Shown here: piece by piece, positions 18,063 to 28,000 of the stretch
Layout: every line of letters begins with the position of its first letter
How positions within the stretch are numbered: position 1 is the first letter of the stretch
Origin: a virus
Taxonomy: Duplodnaviria; Caudoviricetes
DNA length: 35,717 bases
Strand: one strand, 5' to 3'
IMG/VR virus record: IMGVR_UViG_3300012942_000089
Coordinates: 1-35,717 of that record
Program-made: the position numbers and the translations under genes
The notes under the pieces: generated by a model
What the model saw: the letters and a program-made list of their open reading frames with translations, nothing else
Databases searched by the model: none
What the model was told of the DNA's origin: nothing

Positions 18063-20555
18063 TTGTTGCATGATGTTGTCACATCTGATTTGATGGGCAG
18101 CACTGTTTTGGCACCGGCGAAGCGTAGCAATATCATATTCACCAAGCTGGATGAGAACAAAACAATCGCCACACTGGATTATAAAATCAAATGGGTGGAC
18201 GCTGGTGTAAATCAGTGGATGCGCGTCCCTAACGGTCAGGAAACTCTATACCGCGAAAATGCGATTGCATTATTAAATACAGAACTTGCCACTGAAAATG
18301 CCAAGAACCCGCCCGATCCAAGTATTGTAGATAGCATCACCACATCGATAAAACAATTATCGGAAGGCGGCAGCGGTTACTTAAGCGATGCGTGGGGGTC
18401 GATGGATTTGGACCCCGGTACGCTGGGTGTGTTCTGGCGGCTGGCTGCACCCAATGTTCCCGTCACACTAAAAAGTACTTTTGACATCGAAAAAAATCGG
18501 TCTATTTCATTCCGCTTGCAACGGGGGTTGGAGCCAGAAGGACAGGGGGATGATTTTTCATTCACCATAGAAATAGGTAATGGAGACACGCTATATGCAA
18601 TCGTGATGTCCAACGACGGCAACAACAGCAACTTCATTCACTATCGTAACATGAAGCCGAAGGCGCGCCAGGCATTATTGGATCAACGCGATGCCTTGCT
18701 GGATTTTGGGCGCATTACCCCGGCAGAACAAAAGGAAATTGACACCCTCACAGAGCAGATCAAAGCTGCAAAAGCAGCGAACGAAAATGGCGAGGCGGTG
18801 ACAGCAGCAGAGGTGGAGATCAAACGGATTAAAGACAAAAAGATTCTTCCGTCGCAACAGGCACAAATAGATGACATTGAAAACCAACTTTACATCGAAC
18901 AGAAACCATTCCATTTACAAGAGGATGCCCAAAGCCTATTAGGAAAACCGGTTGATATTACAATCCATTTTTTGCGCGCTGGATATGTGATTATCAAAAG
19001 CAACGAAAGTACTTTTGTCTATGAAAACAAGCGGCTCACTGGCTGGCGTCCAGCGGGGTATCACGACGGCTTACCGGATCGTTCGCAGATTGTCATCAAA
19101 AGCACTGGCGGCCAATTCGCTCTTGTGTATGGACATCCTGAACGTAAACCAACCGGCGTACTTTTAACGCAGCCATTCGATGTTGATTTTGCGCCTACTG
19201 ATGCTGATTTAGATATTGACGCGGACGCCGATGATGACGGCGAAGGTTGTTCTATTGAATATGCGGTGAAGCAATACAAGCCCGCTAAAAGTACTTCGAT
19301 GGGCGCGGTGACAAACGCGCAGTATCAAATACAAGTCACTTTCACCAGCGACGGCAAATACACGCCGGAATTGTTTAATGCGCAATTGCACATCGCGCCG
19401 CCGCAGCCTGATGTGTTGGATTTGATTTGGGATTCACAAGTACAAGGCAAAAACACGGCGGCTAATAGCGGGAACTGGATTCAGGATTTTCTGTTAACCG
19501 ACGACGCGCGCCGGACGCGGCAGGTGACGGCACACGTTGATAACTCATTTAACAAATGCCAATTACCGGTCAGCCTCGGCGGTCTTGCGGTGGACGCTGT
19601 ATTACGTGATACGCGCGAAGATGTGGACGTTCCGATACTCACGCATGGCTGTATCGTAAATGGATTCCAGGGAGACAAAGTAGGGTTTGGTGATACTGCC
19701 AAAATTGGCAGCCGTGGCGGCGCGGTGATGACGTGTATCGGCGTAGAAGGATTTTTGGATCGTGAGATCGACGCCAAGATTCGAGGCGATGGAAAGTTTC
19801 CCAATGATTACTTGCGCGAGCTATGCCGCGATGCCGGGTTACTGGAAGAAGAATATGCCGGAATCCCGCCGGGCGATATTGGACTTCCAGTTATTGAGAG
19901 GTCAGTTCCAGGAGAGCCGCCAGCAGTGCAACCTGACGACGACGCAAAGTATTGGGAATTTATGAACTCATTTGCGCAAGGGCATTGCTTGAATTGGTTA
20001 TTATTCTCAGACGGAACACAGCTTCGATTGGAAGCGCCAATGAGCCGCGATAAGACAGAGCACAACTATCAGTTGCCGCCGGATGTTGCTGTGTCGGATA
20101 AGCACTGTTTACGCAGGAATATTTCGTATGTGCAATCGTTAAACGGTTTTGTGACTTCCGTCACAGCGGTGGGAGCCAAAGACCCGCTTACCGGAAAACG
20201 GTTAATGCACACGGAAAGCATTCCGCAGGCCAACGACAAGCGGTTTCTGAATACGGTGTTTTATGTTGGCAAGGAAATGAAAGAAGTTCTGCCTTACGAT
20301 GATTCACTGACCGACATGAAGTCCGTTATTCTCAGAGCGCGAAACCGCTTGCAAATATCCACACTGACGCCGAACGGTTTATCTTCCTGGCTTGCTAATG
20401 TGGACATTGATTTTGATGCGGATTTAAGAGCTGGCGATGTGCGGAAATTATTCAGCAAAAAGATCGTTGTGGATAATGTGCAGTTTGGCTCGTTGAACGC
20501 AGGCGATGGTGAGAGTATGCAGGCGCAATTTCAATTAGTAGAGGACTGGGAATAA
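18063..20555 (+). CDS. Large tail tip/hub-like protein (start uncertain, frame open from 17979)
   Basis: At least 830 aa in tail module; C-terminal region (LRELC.DAG, SVTAVG, DLRAGD) resembles hub proteins. Confidence 0.6.
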   Translation: MLHDVVTSDLMGSTVLAPAKRSNIIFTKLDENKTIATLDYKIKWVDAGVNQWMRVPNGQETLYRENAIALLNTELATENAKNPPDPSIVDSITTSIKQLSEGGSGYLSDAWGSMDLDPGTLGVFWRLAAPNVPVTLKSTFDIEKNRSISFRLQRGLEPEGQGDDFSFTIEIGNGDTLYAIVMSNDGNNSNFIHYRNMKPKARQALLDQRDALLDFGRITPAEQKEIDTLTEQIKAAKAANENGEAVTAAEVEIKRIKDKKILPSQQAQIDDIENQLYIEQKPFHLQEDAQSLLGKPVDITIHFLRAGYVIIKSNESTFVYENKRLTGWRPAGYHDGLPDRSQIVIKSTGGQFALVYGHPERKPTGVLLTQPFDVDFAPTDADLDIDADADDDGEGCSIEYAVKQYKPAKSTSMGAVTNAQYQIQVTFTSDGKYTPELFNAQLHIAPPQPDVLDLIWDSQVQGKNTAANSGNWIQDFLLTDDARRTRQVTAHVDNSFNKCQLPVSLGGLAVDAVLRDTREDVDVPILTHGCIVNGFQGDKVGFGDTAKIGSRGGAVMTCIGVEGFLDREIDAKIRGDGKFPNDYLRELCRDAGLLEEEYAGIPPGDIGLPVIERSVPGEPPAVQPDDDAKYWEFMNSFAQGHCLNWLLFSDGTQLRLEAPMSRDKTEHNYQLPPDVAVSDKHCLRRNISYVQSLNGFVTSVTAVGAKDPLTGKRLMHTESIPQANDKRFLNTVFYVGKEMKEVLPYDDSLTDMKSVILRARNRLQISTLTPNGLSSWLANVDIDFDADLRAGDVRKLFSKKIVVDNVQFGSLNAGDGESMQAQFQLVEDWE

Positions 20556-20785
20556 TGTTAAATGAACACGATTTACAATTAAAGGAAGCTATCCGGCAAA
20601 GCCGCGCGACGTCGCAAGGCGCGCGCATGAACGCGGGAGCGGCCACGCCCACAAGCCAAGTCAGTAGCACTTTGCAAGATGCCGATGGAACACCGCGAAG
20701 ATTGTGGATTCCCGGCGTCGATCCTTTTAATGCTGATGGATATTATTTCGGCGATAATCCGCTGGACGTAGGAGAGTTACGATAA
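20555..20785 (+). CDS. Hypothetical tail-module protein (76 aa)
   Basis: TAATG coupling on both sides. Confidence 0.65.
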   Translation: MLNEHDLQLKEAIRQSRATSQGARMNAGAATPTSQVSSTLQDADGTPRRLWIPGVDPFNADGYYFGDNPLDVGELR

Positions 20786-21663
20786 TGGCAATAGCAAACG
20801 GCACTTTACCAAGGTTAGACAGTTCGCCTTATGATAATCCAGCGAACTTTGTAGCGACGTGGGATGCTGCGATGGATTTAATTGAAGCCAATTTAGGCGG
20901 CGGTTCCGGCACTGATGCAAACGCGCTGTGGTTTTATAAAACCGGTCGTACTATCACATCGCCGCTTCCTACAGTTGCGCCGTCGCCCGCGCTGGGTGTT
21001 TATTTGCCGGAAGGCTTCCAGTGGTTTCAGGATGGCGTGATGATTACGTTGGATGAGGATACGTTTGTTGGCGATTTGCCCGCCAACTTTGACGGTTACG
21101 CAGTGCTGAAAGCAACCGCCGATGGTGATAATTGGATTTGGATCATTGAGAGTACTTCCGAAGATAAAAGTACTTTTGTTGGCGGTGTTGGTGTTATCGG
21201 TCACGTCATCACAGACGCCAGCGGGCTTACTTCCATTGGAACGGAAGTAGCCGACGCGGATATTGTATTTGACATGCCGTCTATTGCAGCGCTGTTGGGC
21301 GGCGCAAACAGCGGCGGTTCCGCAATCACCATGTTGGCGCAATTGATTTACAATAGCGCAGATCCACGAAATGCCGTGACGGTAATTGAAGAAAAACTGG
21401 CAGCAATCCTTGTGCAAGCTTTAGCAGCTGCAGCAACCGGCGGCATTATCCCGTCCACTACGGAAACGGATACGATCTGGACGTGGTTACTTAATCAACG
21501 GAACATCACCGGTAATGCCACGCCTAGCTTGCTGGCGCTGCAATTGGGATCGGGAGCGCAGCCTGGATTGTATGGAACTTTAAGTTCACCGGAAACGGAA
21601 CAATTCGATGAAGGCGGCACGCTGACGGATATTCCATCTGAAAGGGATTACGATTCACGATGA
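20785..21663 (+). CDS. Tail-module structural protein
   Basis: GGAG RBS; coupled to neighbours. Confidence 0.65.
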   Translation: MAIANGTLPRLDSSPYDNPANFVATWDAAMDLIEANLGGGSGTDANALWFYKTGRTITSPLPTVAPSPALGVYLPEGFQWFQDGVMITLDEDTFVGDLPANFDGYAVLKATADGDNWIWIIESTSEDKSTFVGGVGVIGHVITDASGLTSIGTEVADADIVFDMPSIAALLGGANSGGSAITMLAQLIYNSADPRNAVTVIEEKLAAILVQALAAAATGGIIPSTTETDTIWTWLLNQRNITGNATPSLLALQLGSGAQPGLYGTLSSPETEQFDEGGTLTDIPSERDYDSR

Positions 21664-23810
21664 GCTATCAAACTCACGGGGCGTTTAATGAAACGCTATT
21701 AGCATTATTCACCGCGTCGGATGGGTATATTTCTTCGCAAATGAAACCATGCTGCGGATGGCGTGATTCGTCAGGCGTAGTTCGTGTCGGAACTTGGCTA
21801 GGCAACTGGCCGGCGGTGGAACGTGCCTGGGCATGGAATACCTGGGGAAAATGGGCGGGAGCGCCGCCTATTCTCTATCAGGCGGAATCATTATCCATTG
21901 TCGGCGCCGATGTTATTCGCGAAGGTAACGACGATGTATTTCACATTGATTCCGGCGCCGCGTTCTCAATAGATTGGTTCAAGCAGATTGTTACGTCATT
22001 AACCGGTGAACGGGATGGAAGGAATGCTGATGTTTCGATCTACAATTGCACTGACGGAAGCATTGTTCGTTCGGTATCATCGCCCACTGTGCCTTTGGCT
22101 CAAGAGCCTTTGCCAGACGGTTCTTATGTGATTTACGTAGAGTATGACGGCGTTCACGAGGGGCTGCGATTGCCGCCAGGCTATTATCGTGATCCGCAAT
22201 ATGACTATACCACTACTGATAGTCGATTATCACATTTTAATCCGGTGGTTTTTGTGGGGGAAATTCCCGCAGACCCAATGAATCCCTTGAATATTCAGCG
22301 GATGCAATTGATCGCTAATAATACACAACAGGATAATCCTGATTATGTAGCGTATGTAACTTACGAGGCGGCGCAAAATGGTGAAGGCTCTGCGATTAAA
22401 TTGCAAGTCGGTTCAGGCTCTTGGGCTATCAGTGAAAGTACTTTTGTCACACCATCACGCGCATTGCACGAATTGGATTTTGATACTTCAGCCACGTTGC
22501 CGGAAGGTGAGTCACCATCCTCATTAGTCCCGGTTTACTTTGATCCATTGGCACATGTCATCAGCTTTGCGCTACACACAAGCGAGGATGGCATCTGGGG
22601 TGGAAAAGTACTTTTAGGCGGCGCGCGTTTTACGGCCAATGGCCCAACACCTGCGCTATGGCAATGGAATGCTGACGGCACTGCAACATTATTGGGTGTA
22701 GCGCAAGAGTCTTGCAAAGACATTTGTGAGCAGGCATTAGCCACCGGGCTCGTCACGGGATTACAGGAATTGCAAGACGGTTCTGTTATCATGTTGACAT
22801 TGTGCAGTCGTCATATTTACGACGCAACTGGATTCTTGCCCGAAGATCGTTTACCGCGGTATCCCGTTTTTAGTGACGGTGAACCCGGTGGACGATGCTT
22901 AACGACCGCGGGCGATGGGATAGGGACACGGGTTATTCAGAACGCTGAGGCGCTAGACAAGCAGCCAGACCCGTTGACACCTTCTTTCTATGACGTTGGA
23001 GTGGATATTCAAGGTGATAAGTTAGTTTATTTCCCAGGCACATTATGCCATTTAGATGGTTCACTGTGGCGGCATCGCGGTCGCTCCTTTGGTGTGCGTT
23101 GTGATGGCGATCCCACTGATGATAAATCGATTGAGCAGATCACGTATTATGATGGGATTTGGAATAAAGCAGCAGCTCCGTGGAATCCGACGCTACTTGT
23201 ATTGCAGCGTGGTGCTTCGGTGAATGGAATAAACCTCACTTTTGGATGGGAACCTTCCAGCGAGACGGCGCAAGTCGTGCGCGATGACGGCAACGCGATA
23301 AAAGTACTTTCCTCCAATTATCGTGTGCGTGGTGGGACGGTGACAAATAATTCGGAATCTCCGAACTTGCAAAGTTACATCATGCCAGCGCAAAAAGTCA
23401 TTCCTGCCGACGGTGACACACCTCAACATCTGCAAACTGGTTGGGCGCTCATTGAAATGGACGGTAATACAACAGCGGTCGTAAACCCTCCGACTGCTCC
23501 TGCTGATGGCCGCAAGTATCGCGTATTAACATTGCCTGCTTATAACCCCATCTATGGTGTGCAAATCCGCGATATGATGAGCGGAAAGTACTTTGAGTCA
23601 GCTAATGCCGATTCTGAGGAAAAAGAAGTGGGCATATGGTTGCGTGTGGATTCCACAGCCGATTTAGATGATTGGGATTCCTTCATTTGGCGGCCACTAC
23701 TCACACAGCCGTTTGTATTGCCCGTGGCGGCTTTAACCAAAGTGGAAATGTTGATTATTTCAAAACCGGATTTTGCTCCGGAACAATTGCCGGGATGGGG
23801 GGCGTTATGA
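21660..23810 (+). CDS. Large tail-module protein (716 aa, beta-rich)
   Basis: ATGA coupling on both sides; long ORF. Confidence 0.7.
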   Translation: MSYQTHGAFNETLLALFTASDGYISSQMKPCCGWRDSSGVVRVGTWLGNWPAVERAWAWNTWGKWAGAPPILYQAESLSIVGADVIREGNDDVFHIDSGAAFSIDWFKQIVTSLTGERDGRNADVSIYNCTDGSIVRSVSSPTVPLAQEPLPDGSYVIYVEYDGVHEGLRLPPGYYRDPQYDYTTTDSRLSHFNPVVFVGEIPADPMNPLNIQRMQLIANNTQQDNPDYVAYVTYEAAQNGEGSAIKLQVGSGSWAISESTFVTPSRALHELDFDTSATLPEGESPSSLVPVYFDPLAHVISFALHTSEDGIWGGKVLLGGARFTANGPTPALWQWNADGTATLLGVAQESCKDICEQALATGLVTGLQELQDGSVIMLTLCSRHIYDATGFLPEDRLPRYPVFSDGEPGGRCLTTAGDGIGTRVIQNAEALDKQPDPLTPSFYDVGVDIQGDKLVYFPGTLCHLDGSLWRHRGRSFGVRCDGDPTDDKSIEQITYYDGIWNKAAAPWNPTLLVLQRGASVNGINLTFGWEPSSETAQVVRDDGNAIKVLSSNYRVRGGTVTNNSESPNLQSYIMPAQKVIPADGDTPQHLQTGWALIEMDGNTTAVVNPPTAPADGRKYRVLTLPAYNPIYGVQIRDMMSGKYFESANADSEEKEVGIWLRVDSTADLDDWDSFIWRPLLTQPFVLPVAALTKVEMLIISKPDFAPEQLPGWGAL

Positions 23811-24877
23811 AGACATGTATTAAATGCGGTTTTAGCTGCGCAAATGGATGTTTATTTGTAACAGTAAACGGCAAGTTGCTTTGCAAGAAATGCGCTGGCG
23901 CAGCGCAAAGGGAAGTACTGGCTGAAATTAACTATACACAGAAAGAATTGGAGCAAAAGGCTATTGAAAAGTGGCAGAATTTAAAGCCGGGCGGCACTGT
24001 CATTGTTAATAATTACGCATCGCTCAAACACGCTATGCGACGTTATGCTGATGCGAATAATTTAGCTATTCAAACGTTGCCAGATAACAAAGCGATGTTC
24101 CAAAAGTCGCTTCGCCCAACGAAATACGGACAAATTGCAGTGCAGAATCATGCTCACGGAATAGGCGATTCGATTACAGCCTTCTACGCCTGTTGTGGCA
24201 TTGCTGACGCGGGTTTTGAAGTGCATTTTTACGATGTTCATACCGACTGGCTGGCGCGCGCATTTTACCCGAACGTGTTTATCCATGACGCCGCTTTTGT
24301 TCCCGTGCCTGACAATGCTATTGATTTGAATGTCCGTTACAACGAACAAATACAACAAAGCTCATGCAGGAAACAGTGGTATTGCGACAATTTTAAATTA
24401 GCAAAAGGGATCAGTGAATTTGATGTTTTGCCGGTTGCACCTGATGTTAATTTGGATATTCGCAATAAGCGAAACGGACAGGATTACGTGGTGATTGCGC
24501 CGTGTTCCAATGATTCCGCACGGTTTTGGGATAAGTCAAAATGGGCGGAGGTTGCAGGTCTATTAAAAGAAAAGGGACTGAGTTGTGTAGCAATCGGTAA
24601 TTCAGATCAAGCTGATTTGATGGCGGATATTTTTAAGCCATGCGGGAATGTGGATCACCTGCACAACGCTTCGCCTGATGAGATAGCAAACTTGATGTTG
24701 CAAAGCCGTGGATTTATTGGTTTGGATTCCGGCATGACGCATTATGCTGGGTTATTGGGTATTAACGCTGTGGGTATTTCTGTGCAGTTCCCGACGTCGT
24801 TGCTGTGGGGGATGACAAGCATCAATGGCTATCGCGCTGATGTGACGGCGATGGAAATTGTGGAGGCTATTTTATGA
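23807..24877 (+). CDS. Glycosyltransferase family 9 (heptosyltransferase-like) with N-terminal Zn-ribbon
   Basis: GIGD, VVIAP......R.W...W, and FIGLDSGMTHYA..LG motifs of GT9; CxxC..CxxC N-terminus; ATGA overlap gives start 23807. Confidence 0.85.
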   Translation: MKTCIKCGFSCANGCLFVTVNGKLLCKKCAGAAQREVLAEINYTQKELEQKAIEKWQNLKPGGTVIVNNYASLKHAMRRYADANNLAIQTLPDNKAMFQKSLRPTKYGQIAVQNHAHGIGDSITAFYACCGIADAGFEVHFYDVHTDWLARAFYPNVFIHDAAFVPVPDNAIDLNVRYNEQIQQSSCRKQWYCDNFKLAKGISEFDVLPVAPDVNLDIRNKRNGQDYVVIAPCSNDSARFWDKSKWAEVAGLLKEKGLSCVAIGNSDQADLMADIFKPCGNVDHLHNASPDEIANLMLQSRGFIGLDSGMTHYAGLLGINAVGISVQFPTSLLWGMTSINGYRADVTAMEIVEAIL

Positions 24878-24878
24878 A

Positions 24879-25034
24879 TCATTTAATTTTTAACCGGCGC
24901 GCTTCCTTGCGGATGAGCGTTTCTACGATAGCGGTTTGTGAGATGCCGCCTTCCTGGGCGAGGAGTGCCAGCAAACGCCGCGCTTCTTCCGTCAGGCGGA
25001 AGTTTTTGAATTTCTTATCTGTCACACTTGACAT
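24879..25034 (-). CDS. Ribbon-helix-helix (CopG/Arc-like) repressor (start 25034 ATG or 25025 GTG)
   Basis: KKFKNFRLTEEARRLLALLAQEGGISQTAIVETLIRKEA is a typical RHH pattern. Confidence 0.8.
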   Translation of the reverse strand: MSSVTDKKFKNFRLTEEARRLLALLAQEGGISQTAIVETLIRKEARRLKIK

Positions 25035-25061
25035 TGTATCGCAATTGTGTATACAATACAA
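25028..25061. promoter_or_regulatory. Overlapping divergent promoters with palindromic operator
   Basis: Plus: TTGACA 25028-33, 18 nt, TACAAT 25052-57. Minus: TTGTAT 25061-56, 17 nt, TACAAT 25038-33. Inverted repeat ATTGTAT (25033-39)/ATACAAT (25051-57). Confidence 0.7.
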
Positions 25062-25063
25062 GC

Positions 25064-28000
25064 ATGCAACGCCAACACCCGCTGGCTGCGTTGCTCGTAT
25101 TAACAATTATCGCTATCGGGGGCTGGGCTTACGTAACGCAGCCAGCCAACAAGCCCGCTCCCGCCAAAACTCAAACCGTCCCCAAAGCGCCATCAGCACT
25201 GCTGACGGATATGGAATCACAGGATCAAAGGGATGCTGCCAAAGCGCATCAGATGCCGTCGAAAATTCTTGCCGCCAAAATTGCCAAACAACTGAAAAAG
25301 CAGGGGGGCAACGATATGAGCGTTAAGATTAAACCAGGACAAAGTGCTGTTGTGAGGGTTGCATTTGTTGCAAATGCTCCAATGAGCACAATTGACCCCG
25401 ATCCATCTGATACTTATATAGTTCCATCAGCAGGATATTCTGGTAGCGCAGATGCAGGTAACGTAAATGGATCTACAACCGGAGGCGGTTGGCAAGCTGC
25501 TTGGACATCTATCAATGAAGGAGCAGGTGGAAGTGTAGATGTATTAATTAAAGTGCCTGAGAATGCAAGTGCTGGCGATTTTACCATAACACTTAATTCA
25601 TTAAATACTATCACTGAGGGAGAAACTCCTACTACAAAAAATGTTGACGTTTATCAAGTTGATTTCCAAGTCACCGGCCCTTTAACTGGCAGCGTAAACG
25701 TAAGCCAAGTCAGCGCAGCTGCAAATAAGGCGTGTGTTGATTTAAAAGCAGACACAGTCACCGATCAAAAGGTGACGTCCGCAGTCATTGACTGGGGCGA
25801 CGGTAATTCAACAACGGTTTCACCAACACCGAACGATCAACATTATATCGGCAGCGAATGTCACAACTACGGCGCGCCGGGCGAATATACGATCAGCGTC
25901 ACTTATAACGATGATGATTCCAATACGTTGACAGTTACTACCACTGCGAAAGTTGGATGTGTTTTAGCTTCTGGAATCTTTGTTCAATGCGATCCTTCTC
26001 GAATAGTGGAAAGCCCGCCTGATTCTGGGATTTATCTGCATTATTATAATGTATCGTTGGGCGCTTTAAGCGCACCTTCTGATTCAACGATATTTTGGAC
26101 GTGGAATCTACCAGATAATGCAACTGTCGTCGATGGCTCTTCGGATACCGGCGCTTTCGGCATCGGGAGCGCTGGAGCTAATTGGCCAAAAACTGTATTT
26201 CAGGTTCCCACACCCAGCCCGGATTGCAGCGGTGATTATGGAGGAATTGGTCTCACTGTCGGTTTAGGCGCACCGGCAGGAGCATCGTATAGCGGTTGCT
26301 CGGTTGACCTCGCTGATGATTCTGTTGATCACATTGCTGATGTTGAATGGCTTCCAGATGCAGGAGAGATAACTTGGATATTGCCTGATGGCAGTACTAT
26401 CACAGAAGAACAATATCTTGCCAGCCAATATTATTATTACGCCACATCTCCAACCGACGAAATACCTGTCCCAACGGGTTGTTTGCTGGACAGTTCGCAC
26501 CTCAACGTAGATTACCCTTCATTACCCGCTGGCTATGATGCCAGTGTGGACGTGCAGCAACAACACAATGATTTATCGTGGCGTGATGTGGGCACGATCA
26601 CCGCCACCGGTTCTGTCACAATTGACGCTGCTCAACCACAAATATTTCGCTTCGTGGCTTACAAAGGCGACACGGCGGTTTACTCGTTGGCCATTACGAT
26701 CAACGAAGAATGCAGCGAGGGGGAAGGATGCCCTGATGGATACCATGATGACGGCACGGGCAATTGCCTCAATGATGACGACGGCGCGACGGCGTGCGCC
26801 ACAGGCTATCACTGGAGCGGCACAGCCTGCATCTTCAATACTCCGGAAAGCGCTATTCCTGCACCCGATGGCTGTGTGAATTCCGTTGCTGATGACGGCA
26901 CGGCAACGCTGGTATTTCAGCCGCTGACTGGTGTCCCCAGCGACATCACAAGCGCTGTATTACAGCACTGGAACGGTGTGTCTTACGATGACGTCAAAAC
27001 GCTCACGCTGATCGAAGCTGCGACGATATTTATTTATAATCTCAATCCTGCAACGATATTGCAATTTCGCTGGAAACTTCCCACGAATGACGCAGGGTTC
27101 CAGTATTTGAGCGACGCTTTCACCTTCACGCAAAGCTGCTGCGATAGTGGCGGTGGTGAATTAACACCAGATGCACCGGATGCGCCGACCGTCGTTAAAT
27201 CGTGCGCCGATGGCACTGTGACGGTTTCAGTGGTATTGCCGGACGGCGCGACAAGCATTGAGATTGCCCGCGACGATGCGCCGGATACAATGATTGCACC
27301 TTTAACCGCCAGCGGTGATTTTGTGGATTCCAGTGTCGCGGATTTCGGCACTTACAAATATCGTGCGCGCGCAAAGAATTTATTCCCTTCTGACTGGAGT
27401 GACTGGAGCGATAAAGTCACCTTTGAGAGTTCATCGCTCACTTTTACTTGGCTTTCCCCCGCCGCCGATTACGAAGCGCACGGAAATGTACTTTTAAAGT
27501 TCAGTGTTTCAGGAACGGTAACAGATTTAGCTTTATACGTTGGCGGCAAGCTGATAACACCAGCCCTAACAACCAAAGGCGGCGGGATTTATACGCTATC
27601 CTATGACACGCGCCGCGCTGTGCAGGGCGATGCCACAATTGAGATACGTGGCACCGGTTCAGATGGTTGCCCGGCCCGCGCGTCCCTTGACGTGACGTTC
27701 GACAACACCCGAAGCGATGGAATTTTATACAGAAAGTTTCTCACGCGAGATGTGGGGGACGGATTCCAAACCAACCGCCTTGCGGCTAATGTCGTGATCG
27801 GCGAACTGGATGATGATCCTACAGCGAGATTCTGGGGGCAGATAGCCATAGCCGACGGAACGGTGGATGCTCAAATAGCAGACGACACAAGCGCCACAGA
27901 CGCGCAGGCGGCATTCGATCTGATGCAGCCGTTCCCGTTAAACACAGTTAAACCAATTCCGGCTTTGGGCGGCAATCCGGGTGGCACTATTTTGGGCAAC

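Noticed and set aside
24874-25326. 150-aa plus-strand ORF ATGA-coupled to GT9
   Set aside because: Antisense to a convincing RHH gene, overlaps the giant ORF out of frame, and has shadow-like Arg/Ser composition.
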